Assembly: GCA_002269645.1 (NCBI GenBank)
Contig: NIVC01004431.1
Location: 1-46,178, forward strand
Length of the DNA stretch: 46,178 nucleotides
Reading direction: 5' to 3'
Source: Macrostomum lignano
Taxonomy: Eukaryota
The translations under genes were made by a program, and so were the position numbers. The notes beneath the pieces were generated by a model. It did no database searches, was not told the origin of the DNA, and worked only from the letters and a program-made list of their open reading frames with translations. This document shows, piece after piece, positions 33,301 to 45,300 of the stretch; the stretch's first letter is position 1, and the number at the start of each line of letters is the position of its first letter.

Positions 33301-36059
33301 CGAACGGCTCGGCAGTGGTTGTAGGGCACCGGGCTGCAGTCTCTCATTTGGTAGTCTGGTGTCTCTACGTCCAGACTCACCACTCGAGCTAAACTCGAAG
33401 CGGAGGGCATAAAAATGAATTCAATGGAATTCGAAATTGAATGCTAAAAAACTCGTCTACTGTCAGGTGAGTTTCTTACCTACTCTATTCGCAGAGTATC
33501 TGATGTCCCAGGTGTAGTTCAAATTCCCGGAAAGCACAAGCACCCTGAAGCTGCGCCAGTCCATGCAGCCTTCGCCGCTTTCCGTAAAGTTCACGAAGCC
33601 GGAGTACCTCGCTATTTGAAGGTCGTCTGCTTGAGAAGCATCATTTGTCCGCAGACAGTCGTTGTCATGCGACATTTCTGAAGCCCAAAATTGTTTTATT
33701 GGATTTTGAGGGGCTGCTCTGTTTAGAGTACACAATATTTGAATGCACTCGTGTCCTCACGGCAGTAGGGTATGTTGCAGTAGGACGCAGACAGACTGTT
33801 TCTGGCGTCCCTAAAAAAGCAGTACGGCCCATTGCTCAGGCCTGCCAGGTTGGGCCTGAACGGCAGTACGAAACCCGGAACGCTGCCTGAGTGAAAAAAG
33901 AGTGAACGTCAAGCTGAGGAATTCTCCACTTATCCTCGGTACTACTCATGGCTTACCAAGAGCAATGACTCTGTACACAGACAAGTAGGCTTCGCTTCCA
34001 TCGCCTCCGCCACAGATCTGGTTGAGATGTCCCGGACACTTTTCAGTGCAAGAATTGTCCGCGTTGGTATCGAGGTAATCTTTCCGGTCAGAAACTATTC
34101 GATCGGAGCAATAGCAAGCGAACCGATGCACCCCGGCGTAAGGAAACTGCTTGTTGTAGCAGCACTGCCGGCACATGGTCACCGTCATGACATTGAACTT
34201 GGTCTCAATGCAAGTTTCATTCTCCTGCCAGGCCCTCAGTCCAATGCAACCGACGAACTCCGATACCGGATCTGCCATTTTTACGACTGTGGTGTCATGA
34301 CAAAGCTGAAAGCTTGAATAGCCATACTGTGACCAAACAACTCACAGGTAAAATTTTGCTTTAGAGCCGTCAACGGCAGATTGGGAGGCTGCCTGCAGCT
34401 GCGGTCGGTGTCAGCGAAGCCTGCACTGAAAACTCTGCCAGCCAGCTGGTCCAGGCCCGCAGCTTGCAGCTCCCTAGCGGCCTCGTTCCAGCCGATGCAG
34501 CTGGTGAGTGTCACATGGGGTTTGGCTGGCGCAGTCGTGAGGGCGACATTCCTGAATTCTACAAAGAGACTTTCGTAGACGGGGACCACGGAGAGGCTGC
34601 CTGTGTATTCTTCGCCAGCCGCTGTGACACGACAGGTGTCGCTAGAAGCTGGAGAGAGGCGTGTCGGCGCGAGAATATTTTTATGGCGAGTTTTGAGAAT
34701 CAAAACAGAAACAGGCATAGGGTCGAAAATTTGGTTTGTTGAAACTATCTTATGAGCTTTTATGGTAAAATAGACTTATTTTATGCTCTCCCTAAATGGG
34801 ATGTCAAATTAAGCACCGGAATGCAGTCTAAAGTAAAGCGGAACAAAACCAACTGGAATCAAACTGGCTGGCATGTCATGTCTAGTTCGGAGCTTTGCTT
34901 GTAAGTCCATTGTGTTGCTTAATTAACCCGGCATTCCTTTCGATGCCTGCCTGCACTGTTTAAAGCAAGCGGCCCCGTGTCGTCATTCGGCCGCGCACCG
35001 ATACTAAAATTATGCGTCCGATGCTGTAAACATAAACGCTGTTTACAGCATCGGAAAACAAAGCATCATGGAGTTTATGAGTATCAACTGAAACCATTTT
35101 CTGCTCTGGTTCTGGATGTTAGGTTGATTCACTAGCTCACATTTTTGTTCAAGAGTCTTGACTGCCTTTCTGCTCTCGACATGTGAATGGAATATTAACA
35201 TTGATTCCTTTGTGAATTTGTGATCCTTCTACAAAGTAGGATACACTGCCACTCAAATGATTGATTGCTAGGATGGAAAGTAAAATTGATTCTTTGGATA
35301 ATTGGATCAGTTTCTCGACCTTTTAGACTATAGTTTTGTTTTATTACTACAAGCCCGTCAGGCACTCGTCACACCAAACATACCCTTCAGTTGACGACCA
35401 ATACTGGCACGAGAAATTCTAAGTCTAGATGACCTTCCAACGCGCTCTTATTGAGGTTTACCTCCTTGAAATTACGAGCTTAGACTGGGAAAATGTGTCT
35501 AAGAAAACATAAATGCAGCTTAGTCCAGTTGATTTTCATTCAATTCAAACGTCAATAGAATTTTCTCACTTGTATTGCCATATTGCAGCTCGTTCAGGAC
35601 GGCCTCCTCTGCTGAGATGACAGTATTGAGCAGAGCCTCTGTGCTAGCACTGTAGCTGACTTTAGAATTGATCTCGAACAGTAATTTTCTCAGAACGCAC
35701 TCGCTGCTGCAAAGACTGTTTCTTAATATTTCGTTGGTGTCAATTGGTGCGGCCAGCCGGCTCATGGTCACGGTGTCTGTTGGACAGATGTACACGTCGG
35801 GAAACTCGAACGGCAGCGAGGTGGATAGGCTGGTGGAGAGCGGCACGCTGGCGAAATGCAGGCCCAGGGTGTATATGTGGTAGGTGAAGCCGCCGTAGGT
35901 GCCCAGCAGGAAGCAGAGCCACAGGGTTTTGCCGAAGGTGCTGGCCTGGGCCCCGAATCTGCCCAGTCCGTGGGCGGTTGTGTAGTTGCAGAACTGCGTC
36001 AAGGAGCTGCGGACTCCGTCGCTGGACTGGGAAGATTTCTCCAAGCCCGATTTCTCCAT
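27382..36059 (-). CDS. DEG/ENaC channel paralogue C with the same kringle[WSC]-kringle insert; two apparent lesions (possible pseudogene or assembly errors)
   Basis: Exons 36059-35570, 34648-34346, 34271-33957 (WSC), 33886-33761, 33677-33480, about 32707-32562 (uncertain), 31750-31662, 30814-30453, 30185-29977, 28659-28031 and 27556-27382. Intron positions and phases match gene B. 1-nt deletion in TM2 at 27534-27537 and in-frame TAA at 32591-32589. Confidence 0.85.
28899..29160. mobile_element. Fold-back/MITE-like inverted repeat (103-bp arms, 56-bp loop)
   Basis: 28899-29001 is the reverse complement of 29058-29160 with one mismatch; explains the mirror ORFs at 28927 and 29132. No TSD seen. 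Confidence 0.85.
29583..29943 (+). mobile_element. SINE family A, full length
   Basis: A/B-box head, poly(A) tail, imperfect direct repeat GATGACTGAGAGCA / GATGATCGAGAGCA. Confidence 0.85.
30975..31083. repeat. GA-rich low-complexity microsatellite
   Basis: Degenerate (GAGAG/GA)n tract. Confidence 0.8.
31885..32215 (+). mobile_element. LINE 3' fragment, second copy
   Basis: ENAEHFICECPVFTQDRLTYFGPN then [19 protein letters not shown]; same family as 1460-1790. Confidence 0.65.
32229..32545 (-). mobile_element. SINE family A copy, 5' truncated
   Basis: Body and tail match 12239-12595; stops at the B-box region. Confidence 0.75.
32747..33268. repeat. 25-bp minisatellite (CATGTAAGAGTACACTCCCGACTCA)n
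   Basis: About 21 near-identical tandem units in intron 5 of gene C; no unique spacers. Confidence 0.95.
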
Positions 36060-37719
36060 GAACTCCCCCTATTATTGATTCTGATCACGCGCGAATCGAT
36101 ATCTCATTTGTGCTGAAATATATTTCAAGCCAAGCAGTTCACAGTGAGGTATCGAAATAGTCTGATTCCGACACGCAGACACATTAGTTTTGGAGTCTGT
36201 GGACACAAAGATCGCATGGTTCCACTACCCAAAAGCTTCAAGCGACAAAATAACAAACCGAAGCTCATGTAGAAAAGATAGAGTATAAAGATAAAATCTG
36301 CTTAAACTGGCTAGTCGCAATGGAGTTTGGATAGGACTCACCTTCCGGAGCTTATTCCGAGAAATTAGTCATACTGTTACGCTGGGAGTGCAGAGATGCC
36401 TGCCAGCCTGCCAATATTTAGCAGTTCCCAAAGGCATTCAATAAGCTCAACTTTGTGCAGCAGATGCTGCCTGATTAATTGGCTGATGCCTCGTCCATCT
36501 ACCTCAACCGTACCGTTGATTGGGCTGAAAGATTTTGAGTCCTTAATCAGTTATAATTTTTTCTGAGAGAGTGGCAATTAGGAGTGGCAAACTACCATCA
36601 TCCCTGTGCATAGTCAGGCGGTACCCCTCGTACTGCATATTGAAATTTGCAGACTAACAACCATGGATGCTTCAAGGTAGAAATCTGGAAGGGAAACCTG
36701 GACAGCTCTGACCTGACCACTGGATACGCATTTTCAACGAATTTTAAGTCAATGAAATTCTCCATTTACACACAAGAGATGGACCGAAAATTTCAAAAGC
36801 ATATCGAAAATAGTTTCTTTTGTAATCGAAACTGCGCGTTCGATTTTTAAAAGCGTGAACGCATTTTAAAGCTGGATAACCTATCCACAACTCCATTAAT
36901 CACAAGCAGTTCCAACTAATCACAAGCATTATAATTTTACGAGTTTATAAAACGTAAGAAATCTTATCAATCTATAAATTATAACAAAGCAAAAATCCGA
37001 TTAGCTATAGAAAGTTTATTTAGCGTCAAAGAACTCTCAGGCAGTTGTGCGAGTATGGTACACAGCTCTTGGTTGAGTGCAGATGGGCAAATTACAAAAA
37101 TACAGAAAACGATTTTGAGACTGCCGCACCAGATTCTAAAATTAATTGGGCTGACGCATCCGGGAGACTGGGACGCACGGTCACATCTCTGGGCGTCAGC
37201 CGCTCAGTGAGGAACTGTCCGGTATAGGTGAGCATATTAAACTATTTTAATAGAAGCCATTTTATCTAACTAAGAGATTTTTCCATACCCTGCGCAGGCT
37301 CAATTCTGCATCCCTCCCCCTCTCTTTAGTAATTAAAGAATATTTATAGCCCCGTGGGTTTCGGTCCATCTACCAGTCTGCTTGGGCGTGGTCGATAATG
37401 ATTCAGTTCTATAGAAGCTGCAAGCTGAGCCTGGTAGACGAAGTTGACTTATTAAGCGAGCGCTCAGTCCTGAAAACACAAACAAATGAGTTGGCTACAG
37501 ATAATCTGTCTGAAGACTTTTCTCATCCGAGCTTGAAACGATTCGATTTAAGCTTGAAGATGTACACTTCACTGCCACTCTTTCACAAAGAACAGAACAA
37601 AGAGCTGGCGAAAGCTAAAAAGAGGGCACAGAGCCTGCCCAAAGCCGAAGCCAGAGACAGGCTGTGCTCTGAGTACTGATGCCCGCCTCGCAGAGACAGG
37701 ACTTTAACTGCGAGTCTAG

Positions 37720-37930
37720 TTAGCGAGACGTCTTGACGTTTGGTGATCTGATAAACAATTTACGGAAGAAAACAGACCCTGCTGCGACAGCCTCAAATGA
37801 ATGCAGCGGATGTGGTCTTGCAGTGACGCAACGGGATGAAGCGGGTGGCCGGGTGTCGGTGCTGGAAGCAGCAGTCTGTTCGTCCCTGTCGAACTGGTTA
37901 GTTTTCCCGTAGCGGAAATTGAGCAGCAGA
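37720..37930 (-). mobile_element. Second tyrosine-recombinase element remnant
   Basis: KTNQFDRDEQT...; shares CCACATCCGCTGCA...GAGGCTGTCGCAGCAGGGTCTGTTTT with 24385-24430. Confidence 0.55.
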
Positions 37931-38719
37931 CCTTCTTTACACCTTGACGGCGAGCTCAAACGCAGGCGCATCAACGCAAGGACGACTTAAGTAGAAGGAC
38001 GGGAAACCTCGTTTCTTAGAAAATTTAGAAGGCAGGTTTTCCCGAAAAAATACACTGCGGAGATAGGAAGTTTTCATTTTTTCAGCACAAAAATTGTCAT
38101 TGCTTTTGATAGGAGGCGGATCCAGTGTTAATCTTTTGATATGTTGTGCCTTTCTTATTGCTCTATCGATATTCATAAAGCTTTTCGTTCAGAAAATTAG
38201 GATTCTATGTTAATTTTTTATTCCGATCCGATATTAAATTATTGTACTATGTTTAGTAAAAATTCGTTTGCAAATACAGGACACTTATTCGACATTTATT
38301 AATAAAGCACTGCAACAGGTATAATATACGGTGTAATATTGTTGTAATAATTCAAAAATCTAAAAAGGAAAAGTAAGGTTGCTTTTTAAAACGGCTCGAA
38401 AAAGCAAAAATATGAATTTGACAATTTTAGAACTCAGCTCTTTAGGTGACTAGCGTAAGTAACTGTTGTGTCGTGACAAGGAAGGGCTTAAAAGGGCCGT
38501 TTTGCTAAATAACAAGCTTAGGTTTATTTAGGGTATCTTTCTTACTACTCTACTATAAGTAGGCTTTTACGTATTAGAATATATAATAATTATTGCTCGG
38601 ATTCAAATAGAAGCGCGGGGTTTTCAAACTGAGTGAAAGGATTGTTTTTTCGGATTCTTACTTGCCCCAATTACGAGTATCTGCCGCTCTCTGAGTTAGT
38701 TTATCGGAGACATCAAAGC

Positions 38720-38870
38720 AACCTCAAGCATTTGCTGTTCCATCAGTTATTCACTGCTGTTCGGTAGGTGCTCTCAATGAACCGAGATGGAGACCTCAGC
38801 TGCTGCAATGTCTGTCATTTTGTCTGTCATTTCAACCTCAGTGGCTGAGTCGTCAGCTTTCATCTCGCCG
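38720..38870 (-). pseudogene. Orphan inverted copy of the gene B C-terminus plus 3' UTR
   Basis: 151 bp matching 23261-23411 at roughly 90-95% by eye (GEMKADDSATEVEMTDKMTDIAA(P/A)EVSISV(P/H)*); no TM2-coding sequence precedes it. Confidence 0.8.
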
Positions 38871-39352
38871 ACATCTCGACAACCGGCAGCTCGTTCTGTT
38901 GGAAAGATTAGCGATCGGGCAATGCAGACTGAGTTGTTCTGTATCACGACAGCGCCAGTGCTCAGACCGTGGCACACATTAATTAATAAAAAGCTAACTA
39001 ATAAACAAGCAGACCTGTCTCATTTTTCAGCAAGCCTTCATTGCCAACAAAATTTCAACAATCAGTTCGACAAAGCCTGCATTGGCTGGGTTGATTTATT
39101 ATTTATTAATTTCTTAAGAATTTAGCGCCATAGAAAAGCAAAAACAAGCATATCGCTTGGTTGCGGATGATTCACAGTAGTAAGGCTCTGCTAACCAAAC
39201 AAGCAGCACTGCGAACAGAGAGCAACTCTTGGACCGCACTAATTGACAACAAAAAGAACAGTTCAAGTCGGCATATAATAAATCCAAATCGCTAACTCGG
39301 CTATTCGGGATAAACAGATGAAGCATCAGTTTGCGCAGATACAGATAGAGAA

Positions 39353-42300
39353 TCATTGAGTCGACGACGCCTCATCCTCCGGCATTGGCGACGGCGGCCT
39401 GACGGTTGGCGACGCCTCGCCGGAGAATTCGCCCTCGCCTTCGCCTTCTGCGCCCGCCGTTTTTGTTGCTGTCGATGCTGCAGCGGCTGCGGCGGCTGCG
39501 GCAGCGGCGGCGGCGGCAGCTGCGGCTACGCCTCCATCCTGCAGCAGAGGATCGAAGTGCGACTGCAGAGACGGCGAGGCCTGCTGCTGGGCCAGGTCGA
39601 TGAGCGCGGTGCACATGTCCTGGAACTCGGCGCTGAGCTTGCTGGCCCCCGACGGGCTCATACAGGTGACCAGGCAGGTGATGAGGTGCAGCGCGTCCTG
39701 GTAGAAGTGAGTCCGGCGGTGCCGCACGGCGGTCAGCAGGTGTTGCGCGCAGGCAAGCAGAGGCTCCGGCGGGGAGCCGCCACTGGCCAGGGCGCAGTCC
39801 CGCTCTACCAGCTCCCGGCAGGTGCGCAGACAGCCGTGCAGGTCCTTATCGTGCGCAACTAGCTGCTCGCACACCTGGGCCAGGTAGCGGTTCTGCTGGT
39901 CCGGGTCGGCCACCCAAAGCTGGCCGAGAGCGGGCAGGGAGCCGGGCAGGTTGGCCTTCACCTGGGAATTGAGAATTGATATTGAGAATAGAACGCCTAA
40001 TTCAGTCAGGTAATGGTAAATTAAGTATTGCGCAAGTCCCCAGTTCACTAGGGACGCAAATCCCCAGTTCACAGGGACTCAAATCCCCAGTTCACAGGGG
40101 ACTCAAATCCCCAGTTCACTAGGGACTCAAATCCCCAGTTCACAGGGGACTCAAATCTCCAGTTCACTAGGGACTCAAATCCCCAGTTCACAGGGACTCA
40201 AATCCCCAGTTCACAGGGACTCAAATCCTCAGCGCAGAGAAAAGCCAATTCCAAAGCTCACACACGCATGAAATGATGACCCACCTGTTCCCACAGCCGG
40301 TCCAGCACAGGGGTGCCGCACAGCCGGACCACTTGGGCAGCCGGCGCCAGACAGGCCGACTGAGACTCGGCAGCGGCCACCAGCAGCTTCAGAGTGGCGG
40401 CCCGGGGCGCCTCGGCCAGCTGGGGACAGCGGACGCACAGGGTGGCGGCGGCCTCGCACATGACCCGCCTGACCTGGGCCTGCTGGTGCTTGGACTGCAT
40501 AGCAGGGATGAGCAGGTCGTTGAGCAGCCAGGCGGTCCGCTCGACGCCCAGGTCCAGCTGAGCGGCCAGCTGCTTGACGGCGGCCGCGCCCTGAGCTCTG
40601 AGCGGCCAGTAGGCAGAGCGAATGGCCTGTCCGAACAGGGTCAGCGCCTCGGACACGCAGTCGGCCAGAGCGGTGGCCGAGCCGGCGCAGTCTGTCCAGG
40701 CCTCCTTCCACAGCGCGGCGTCTTCGGCGGCCGCGGCGGCGGCCTCAGCCTCAGCCGGGTCGGTGGCCGCGGCAGCAGTAGCGGCGGCCTCGGCGGGGTC
40801 GACAACATCAGCGGCGGCCAGGAAGATGAGCGGCAAAGCAGAGGCAGAGTGCCGGCGCAAGATGTCGGAGGCGTGCCTGGCGCAGGCGTGGAACAGCTGG
40901 CCGCAGGCGCGGCGCATATAATCGTCCTCCTTCTCCAGGTACCAGGCGCGCACGTGGGTGAGCAGCTTCTCAACGCTGGCCTGCTTGGCGTAGCTGATGA
41001 GCTGGCCGATGGCCAGGGACATGCAGCGTTGAACTACTGGGTTTCTGTCCGCCACGCCGTACAGCAGGGCGGCAAGCAGCTTGCCGGTGTAGGGGGCCAC
41101 GATGGAGCCGCAGTGGTCGGTGATGCTGACTAGCAGCTGGGCGGTGCCGCATTTGGTGCCAAGGCCGACACCTTTGCGGATCAGCTCGGTGAGGTGCGGC
41201 ACCAGCGAGTCCAGGGTCTGTTGGGTGCGGTTTCAGGGTAGAGTTGTGCTCACTCAGATAGATAGGGGAGTGCTCACTTAGATAGCTACGAGAGTGCTCA
41301 CTCAGATTGATGGGGAGTGCTCACTCAGATAGCTAGGAGAGTGCTCTCTCAGATAGCTAGGAGAGTGCTCACTCAGATAGCTAGGAGAGTGCTCACTCAG
41401 ATAGCTAGGAGTGCTCACTCAGATAGCTAGGAGTGCTTACTCAAATAGCTAGGAGTGCTTACTCAAACAGCTAGGAGTGCTTACTCAAACAGCTAGGAGT
41501 GCTTACTCAAATAGGTAGGGGAGTGCTCACTCAGATAGCTAGGAGAGTGCTCACTGGGATAGATAGGAGAGTGCTAACTCAGATAGATAGGAGAGTGCTA
41601 ACTCAGATAGCTAGGGGAGTGCTAACTCAGATAGATAGGAGAGTGCTAACTCAGATAGCTAGGGGAGTGCTCACTCAGATAGATAGGAGAGTGCTAACTC
41701 AGATAGCTAGGGGAGTGCTCACTCAGAAACTTATCTAAAATTCTCAAGAAGAACTCACCGGTTGGTCCACCTGTTTCACGCAGACTTTGAGCAGGTCAAA
41801 CACTGGTGTAGTCTGCATAGCGCTAATTCTAGCCGTGTCCACCTGCTCCCTGGCCGCGCCAGACAGCCGCTGGCTGAAGGTGATGAAGGCCGCGGGCTCC
41901 AGGCCGGACAAAGCCTGCAGGAGGTCGGTGACAAGCTTCACCAGATGAGGCCGGAGCGCGGCCTCAGAACTACGGGCCAACTCGGTCAGGCAGCGCAGGG
42001 CGGCGGTCCGGGCCTCGGTGGCGCCGGAGGCGAGGCCCAGCTCAAGCAGCACCGGCAGCAGTCCGGGCAGTGAGGTCCGGGGTTCGCGCGCGCGCCAGCC
42101 GAGAGCAGACGTTGAAAGCCTGGCCGGCCGCCTCTCGGACAGTGTCCCGGGAGTCGTCCATGAGACGCAGCAGGCAGGAGACGAGGCGGGGCAGCAGAGC
42201 CGGCAGCTGCTGGGAGGTGGCGGCGGACGGCCGGGTGAGCAGGGCGGACAGGGCCAGGCAGGCGGACTCGCGGAGCCGCCAGTCGGCGCTGCCAGCGGCG

Positions 42301-45300
42301 ATGAGCTGCTCGGCCAGCAGCGGCTCCAGCAGACGGTCGGCCAGGCTGGCCTCCAGGCCGGACATGGCGCGCCAGACGGCGCCGGCCTGCGGTTGCAGAC
42401 GCGGCTCGAACTGCAGCCGGCAGAGACGGGGCGCCAGCTGGTCCAGGTGAGGCCGCAGCTGGCGAAGGGCGCGCCGGCCGGCCAGGCCGCGGATGTCGGC
42501 GAACGCGGCGAGGTCGGAGGAGGCGCAGGCGAGGCTCATTAGTGGATAGGCGAGGGCGCGGAGGCCGGCGGCGCGGCAGGCGGTGGCGAGCTCGGCGTAG
42601 GGCGCGGCGGCGCCGGTGCTAGCGTTGAGCAGGCCGGCGGGCAGGTCAGGCGTGGCGGCCTCGCCAAGGACTTCACTGGCCAGGCAGAGGCACCGGCAGG
42701 CCAGCTCCTGGCGTAAGAATAAAATGTATAAGTTTGAAGTTTAACTACTTACAGTAGAAAAAGTAGCATTTTAATGTTAAATATGGCTACGTATAGGATG
42801 TTAATGGCCAGATGTGCAACCGACAGCTCAGCCGCAGCTATTGCGCGGCGCATCTGAAGGCTGAGTACGGCTGTTCAGTCTAAGGACTGAGGGGGTCGCC
42901 ACACACACCCTCAATTGCCCCAGCTAATGCTGACACCCATTTTACAGCTGGGTGAACTGAAGCAATGCAGAGTTAAGTGTCTTGCTCAAGGATACAAATT
43001 GTTCTGAGTGGGTCGAGAATCGAACCCCCGACCTTTCAGTCGCGACGCTCTAACCGCTAGGTTACAACCCGCACTGCTCAATGAATGATAACTATCGAAT
43101 TAGTTTACAGCCGATATGCATAGCAAAGCAGCATACCTGGCTCACTGCGTCCCGGTCGGTAAGGCAGGGCGCGTGGCAGCGTGCAGCCGAACCAGGGGCA
43201 TCTCCGGGTGTCTGGCCAGCCGGCGCAGCAGCCCCAGCACCAGGCCAGTCCAGCCCCCCTGTTAGCCGGCTCCGAGCACGTCTTGCACACCTGATCGCAA
43301 GCCCATAGCAACAGCTCGGACGATTTAGTTGGCACCTCCAACGGGTACTCGCGATCGAACCACTGACCACGATAGGGGCTGGCGGAGCCGAGGCTCAGCG
43401 CGCAGAGAGTCTCCGCGATGGACAGGTGCAGCTCCGGGTCGCGCTGGTTGCACAGCTCCACCAGGCCTTCAGCTGCCAGGCGGCTGTGCGGCATCTGCGG
43501 CTCGCCGTGCGCCAGGCCTGCCAATGCGTTCGGGGGTTGGCGACCGGCGGCTTGCATTGGCCTCTGCATCCCGCAGGGTCCTAAGATGGGCCTCTGCATC
43601 CCACAGGGTCCTAAGATGGGCTGCTGCATCCCACAGGGTCCTAAGATGGGCCTCTGCATCCCACAGGGTCCTAAGATGGGCCTCTGCATCCCGCAGGGTC
43701 CTAAGATGGGCCGCTGCATCTCGCAGGGTCCTAAGATGGGCCTCTGCATCCCACAGGGTCCTAAGATGGGCCTCTGCATCCCACAGGGTCCTAAGATGGG
43801 CCTCTGCATCCCGCAGGGTCCTAAGATGGGCCTCTGCATCCCACAGGGTCCTAAGATGGGCCTCTGCATCCCACAGGGTCCTAAGATGGGCCTCTGCATC
43901 CCACAGGGTCCTAAGATGGGCCGCTACATCCCGCATGGTCCTACAATGGTCTGATGGACTTCCGCATGGTCCTACGATGATTTGATCGATCTCACAGGGT
44001 CCTACAATAGTTTGATCGATCTCACAGGGTCCTACAATAGTTTGATAGATCTTAAAGGGTCCTACAATAGTTTGATCGATCTCACAGGGTCCTACAATAG
44101 TTTGATCGATCTCACAGGGTCCTACAATAGGAATGCTTCAGGGATGCTTCAGTTTGATAGATCCCACAGGGTCCTACAATAGGAATGCTTCAGGGATGCT
44201 TCAGTTTGATAGATCCCACAGGGTCCTACAATGGTCTGATAGATCTCACAGGGTCCTACAATGGTTTGGTAGATTTCGGAGGGTTCTAAAACCTACCGCT
44301 AAAACTTTAAGAGGATGAAGCGACCTACCGAAGGAGAGTAGCCTACAGCCCTTTCAAGCGCCACCCTTACCGCTGATAGCGCGCAAGGCGGCCTCCCTGC
44401 ACTGCCGATCCGTGGTCGTGGACTTGACCAGAGCCAGCAGCCGCTTGACCAGGGCCTGCTTATTCGGCCAGGTGTCCTCCGCCTGGCCGCCGGCCGGTAG
44501 GTGGGCCAGCAAGCCCGCGTTGCCAAGGACGCTAATGCCGTTGCATAGCACCGTACAAGCGGGATGCCTGCCGGGCGACTGCAGGCGCTTCTCGGCCTCC
44601 TTGAGCAGATCGGTCACGTGACCAGCCAGGGTCATGCGGCTCTTGGCTTTGCCAGCCGAGCCGGCCGCTTTTTATAAGCCAGCCGGTCCAGCAGGTGGCA
44701 CAGGCCTAGCAGGGCGCCCTGGCTGGTGTCCGGCTCCTTGGCCGCAGCTTGCTGGCGTACTCAGCCAGAGTGGCGTGCAGCTGCTCCTTGGTCTCCGTCT
44801 CCGCTGACACCAGCGCCAGGATGGTGGCGCACTCTGATCGGCAGGCGGCGCCGCGGCTTGTGTAGAGTACGTTGGTTCGAATCTTGTCGAACACCTGCTT
44901 GCAGTTGGTGACTAGGTCTCTGTCGGTGCGAGGAGGTGGGGAGTGTGGAGTCAGGCTTCAGTAGGAGGTCATGGGCTCGATTTCTGGTATAGGACACGCA
45001 ATCAGATTTTAGGTTCTTGTATGGGAGCCCCTACCCTTCTCTCAGGGATGCTTCAGTGGGAGCCGCTACCCTTCCTCAGGGATGCTTCAGTGGGAGCCGC
45101 TACCCTTCCTCAGGGATGCTTCAGTGGGACCCGCTACCCTTCCTCAGGGATGCTTCAGTGGGAGCCGCTACCCTTCCTCAGGGATGCTTCAGTGGGAGCC
45201 GCTACCCTTCCTCAGGGATGCTTCAGTGGGAGCCGCTACCCTTCCTCAGGGATGCTTCAGTGGGAGCCGCTACCCTTCCTCAGGGATGCTTCAGTGGGAG

